Part shown: in pieces, positions 62,338 to 64,000 of the stretch
Numbering within the stretch: position 1 is the first letter of the stretch
Layout of the letters: every line of letters begins with the position of its first letter
Assembly (NCBI GenBank): GCA_003510435.1
Contig: DOMK01000010.1
Coordinates: forward strand, 41,487 to 105,486
Length of the DNA: 64,000 bases
Direction of reading: 5' to 3'
Origin: Candidatus Magasanikiibacteriota bacterium
GTDB lineage: Bacteria; Patescibacteriota; Patescibacteriia; Magasanikbacterales; UBA922
Position numbers and translations under genes: made by a program
Notes under the pieces: model-generated
Told to the model about the DNA's origin: nothing
The model's input: only the letters and a program-made list of their open reading frames with translations
The model's database searches: none

Positions 62338-62386
62338 GTAGTAGTTTTGTTTACCCTGAGTGAACCGAAGGGTTTACCCATTACAT

Positions 62387-62412
62387 ACTGCTCGACCTGG
62401 GCAGTTTTTTTT
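62387..62412 (+). terminator. trp attenuator terminator
   Basis: ACTGCTC-GACCT-GGGCAGT-T run; the 5' arm can alternatively pair with GAGTAGTA (62336-62343). Confidence 0.8.
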
Positions 62413-62469
62413 ACTCCCCGCCTGTGCAGACAGGTTTACTCCTTACTCCTTATTCTTTATTCCTTATTT

Positions 62470-63855
62470 ATGATTTTACCAAAAATAAATATTCCCCAAA
62501 AACCAATATATATAAATGTAGCGACTGACATTGATTTTTTGGAATTATTTAGAAAAATTGAAAAAGAGTATGACAATTGTTTTATGTTTGAATCGCTTGG
62601 GGAGAAGAGTCGATCTTCACGTTATTCTGTAATTGGTTTTGCACCTGAGCATATTATACGAGCAAAAAATAATGATTTGTACTTTGATGAACAAAAATTT
62701 ACAGTGAAAAATCCTTATGAATCTTTGCGTGAAATAGTACCCCAAGACATTATTAGCCGGCGTTATGCTGGTGGGCTGGTTGGTTATCTTAGTTATGAAG
62801 CAGTAAATTATTTTGAACCAAATCTTAATGTAAAAATTCATGACAAGTTTGACCAGTTTATGTTTGGAGTTTATACCGATGGTTTGGTTTTTGATAACGT
62901 GACAAATCAATTGTTTTATTTTTATTATTTTACCAATCGTTTGCCCGAGATAGAAATACTGATGAATAAAGAGATAAAAGATAAAGAACTTTTTGTTCAA
63001 TTTAGATCAGATTCTTTGTCAGAAACAGAACATTGCGCCCAGGTGGAAATAGTAAAAGAATATATTCGCGGGGGTTATACTTTTCAATGTGAAGTAGGTT
63101 TTAAAAGTGAATATGAGATAAGCGGAGATGCTTTTAAGATTTATGATAAACTTAGAAAAGTAAATCCGTCGCCTTATATGTATTATGTGAAATTTGGCGA
63201 CCCCGTAAAAAAGGACGGGGCAGGCATAAAATTGATTGGTGCTAGTCCAGAATTATTATTTAGTTTGACTCAGGGTGAAGTTGAGACACACCCTTTGGCT
63301 GGTACTATTAAACGGGGAAAAACTGATTTGGAAGACAGACAATTGGCTAGAAAATTATTAAATGATCCAAAAGAAATGGCTGAACACAATATGCTAGTGG
63401 ATATGCATCGTAATGATATTGGTAAAGTATCACAATTTGGCACAGTCAAAATTCGGTCTCTGATGGATATAAAAAAATTTAGCCATGTTCAGCATATTGG
63501 TAGTGAGATTAGTGGCATTATTGATTCACAACAAGATATGTTTTCTGGATTGGCCAGTTTGTTACCAGGCGGAGTATTGTGTGGTGCGCCAAAAATAGAA
63601 ACTATAAAAATTATTGATAGTATGGAAAAGCAGGCGCGCGGGCCATATGGTGGTGGGGTTGGTTTGTTTGGGTTTAATGGTGATGCGACTTTTGCTATCC
63701 CGATTCGCACTTTATTTATTGCGGACAAGTATGCCTATACCCAGACTTGTAGTGGGATAGTGTATGATTCTATTCCTTATAGAGAATATGATGAAATCCA
63801 GCGTAAACTGGCAGCGATGAAACAGACCTTAGGACAGTTTTGTTATTACATGTAA
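62470..63855 (+). CDS. trpE: Anthranilate synthase component I
   Basis: GG.VGYLSYE, NPSPY, ASPE, PLAGT, EHNMLVD, GAPK; start placed at MILPK. Confidence 0.9.
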   Translation: MILPKINIPQKPIYINVATDIDFLELFRKIEKEYDNCFMFESLGEKSRSSRYSVIGFAPEHIIRAKNNDLYFDEQKFTVKNPYESLREIVPQDIISRRYAGGLVGYLSYEAVNYFEPNLNVKIHDKFDQFMFGVYTDGLVFDNVTNQLFYFYYFTNRLPEIEILMNKEIKDKELFVQFRSDSLSETEHCAQVEIVKEYIRGGYTFQCEVGFKSEYEISGDAFKIYDKLRKVNPSPYMYYVKFGDPVKKDGAGIKLIGASPELLFSLTQGEVETHPLAGTIKRGKTDLEDRQLARKLLNDPKEMAEHNMLVDMHRNDIGKVSQFGTVKIRSLMDIKKFSHVQHIGSEISGIIDSQQDMFSGLASLLPGGVLCGAPKIETIKIIDSMEKQARGPYGGGVGLFGFNGDATFAIPIRTLFIADKYAYTQTCSGIVYDSIPYREYDEIQRKLAAMKQTLGQFCYYM

Positions 63856-63859
63856 ATAT

Positions 63860-64000
63860 ATGAAAATATTAATAATAGACAATTTTGATTCTTTTACTTA
63901 CAACCTTTATCAATATGTGGGTGAATTGTTGCAGGCTAGAAAGATTAATTTTCAATTGGATGTAAAAAGAAATAATGAAATAAGTTTGGTTGAAATAAAA
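63860..64000 (+). CDS. trpG: Anthranilate synthase component II (partial)
   Basis: MKILIIDNFDSFTYNLYQY. Confidence 0.9.
   Translation, partial: MKILIIDNFDSFTYNLYQYVGELLQARKINFQLDVKRNNEISLVEIK

Noticed and set aside
62347-62469. N-terminal extension of TrpE in the ORF track
   Set aside because: Runs through the attenuator and repeat DNA; ATG at 62470 is the plausible start.

Overview
AT-rich (roughly one-third GC by eye) bacterial chromosome segment using standard code 11. Gene content and style point to a Patescibacteria/CPR (Parcubacteria-like) genome; this is inference from Shine-Dalgarno-less starts, a PilB/GspE ATPase, a baseplate-J-like membrane protein, DUF3048 and a short ThrRS. Housekeeping genes: ftsH (partial), thrS, miaB, miaA, gatB, rplA, rplK, nusG, secE, gyrB, rodA, rplY, prmC, prfA, rpmE, secG, tRNA-Leu(CAG) and rnj. 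Biosynthetic content is unusually rich for CPR: a de novo pyrimidine operon with an embedded arginine-deiminase-like module and no carAB in the window, a dTMP cluster, and the start of a trpR-trpL-trpE-trpG operon. Main points of interest: (1) four GC-rich, SD-led, mostly orphan genes whose compositional boundaries match a transcript (promoter +1 to a structured 3' tail); (2) several families of small palindromes and 7-9-mer repeats that nest in each other and sit in-frame inside gatB, trpE, prmC, pyrC, gyrB and DUF3048; (3) RNA-level regulation: a minimal Thr T-box, a Trp leader-peptide attenuator plus TrpR operator, a pyrL-like attenuator and an L1-binding leader; (4) a degenerate pyruvate-kinase-like protein paired with a PEP-utiliser His-domain protein; (5) a relic duplicated miaB 5' end and a poly-G frameshift in a NUDIX gene. 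No CRISPR, rRNA, transposase or integrase was seen.
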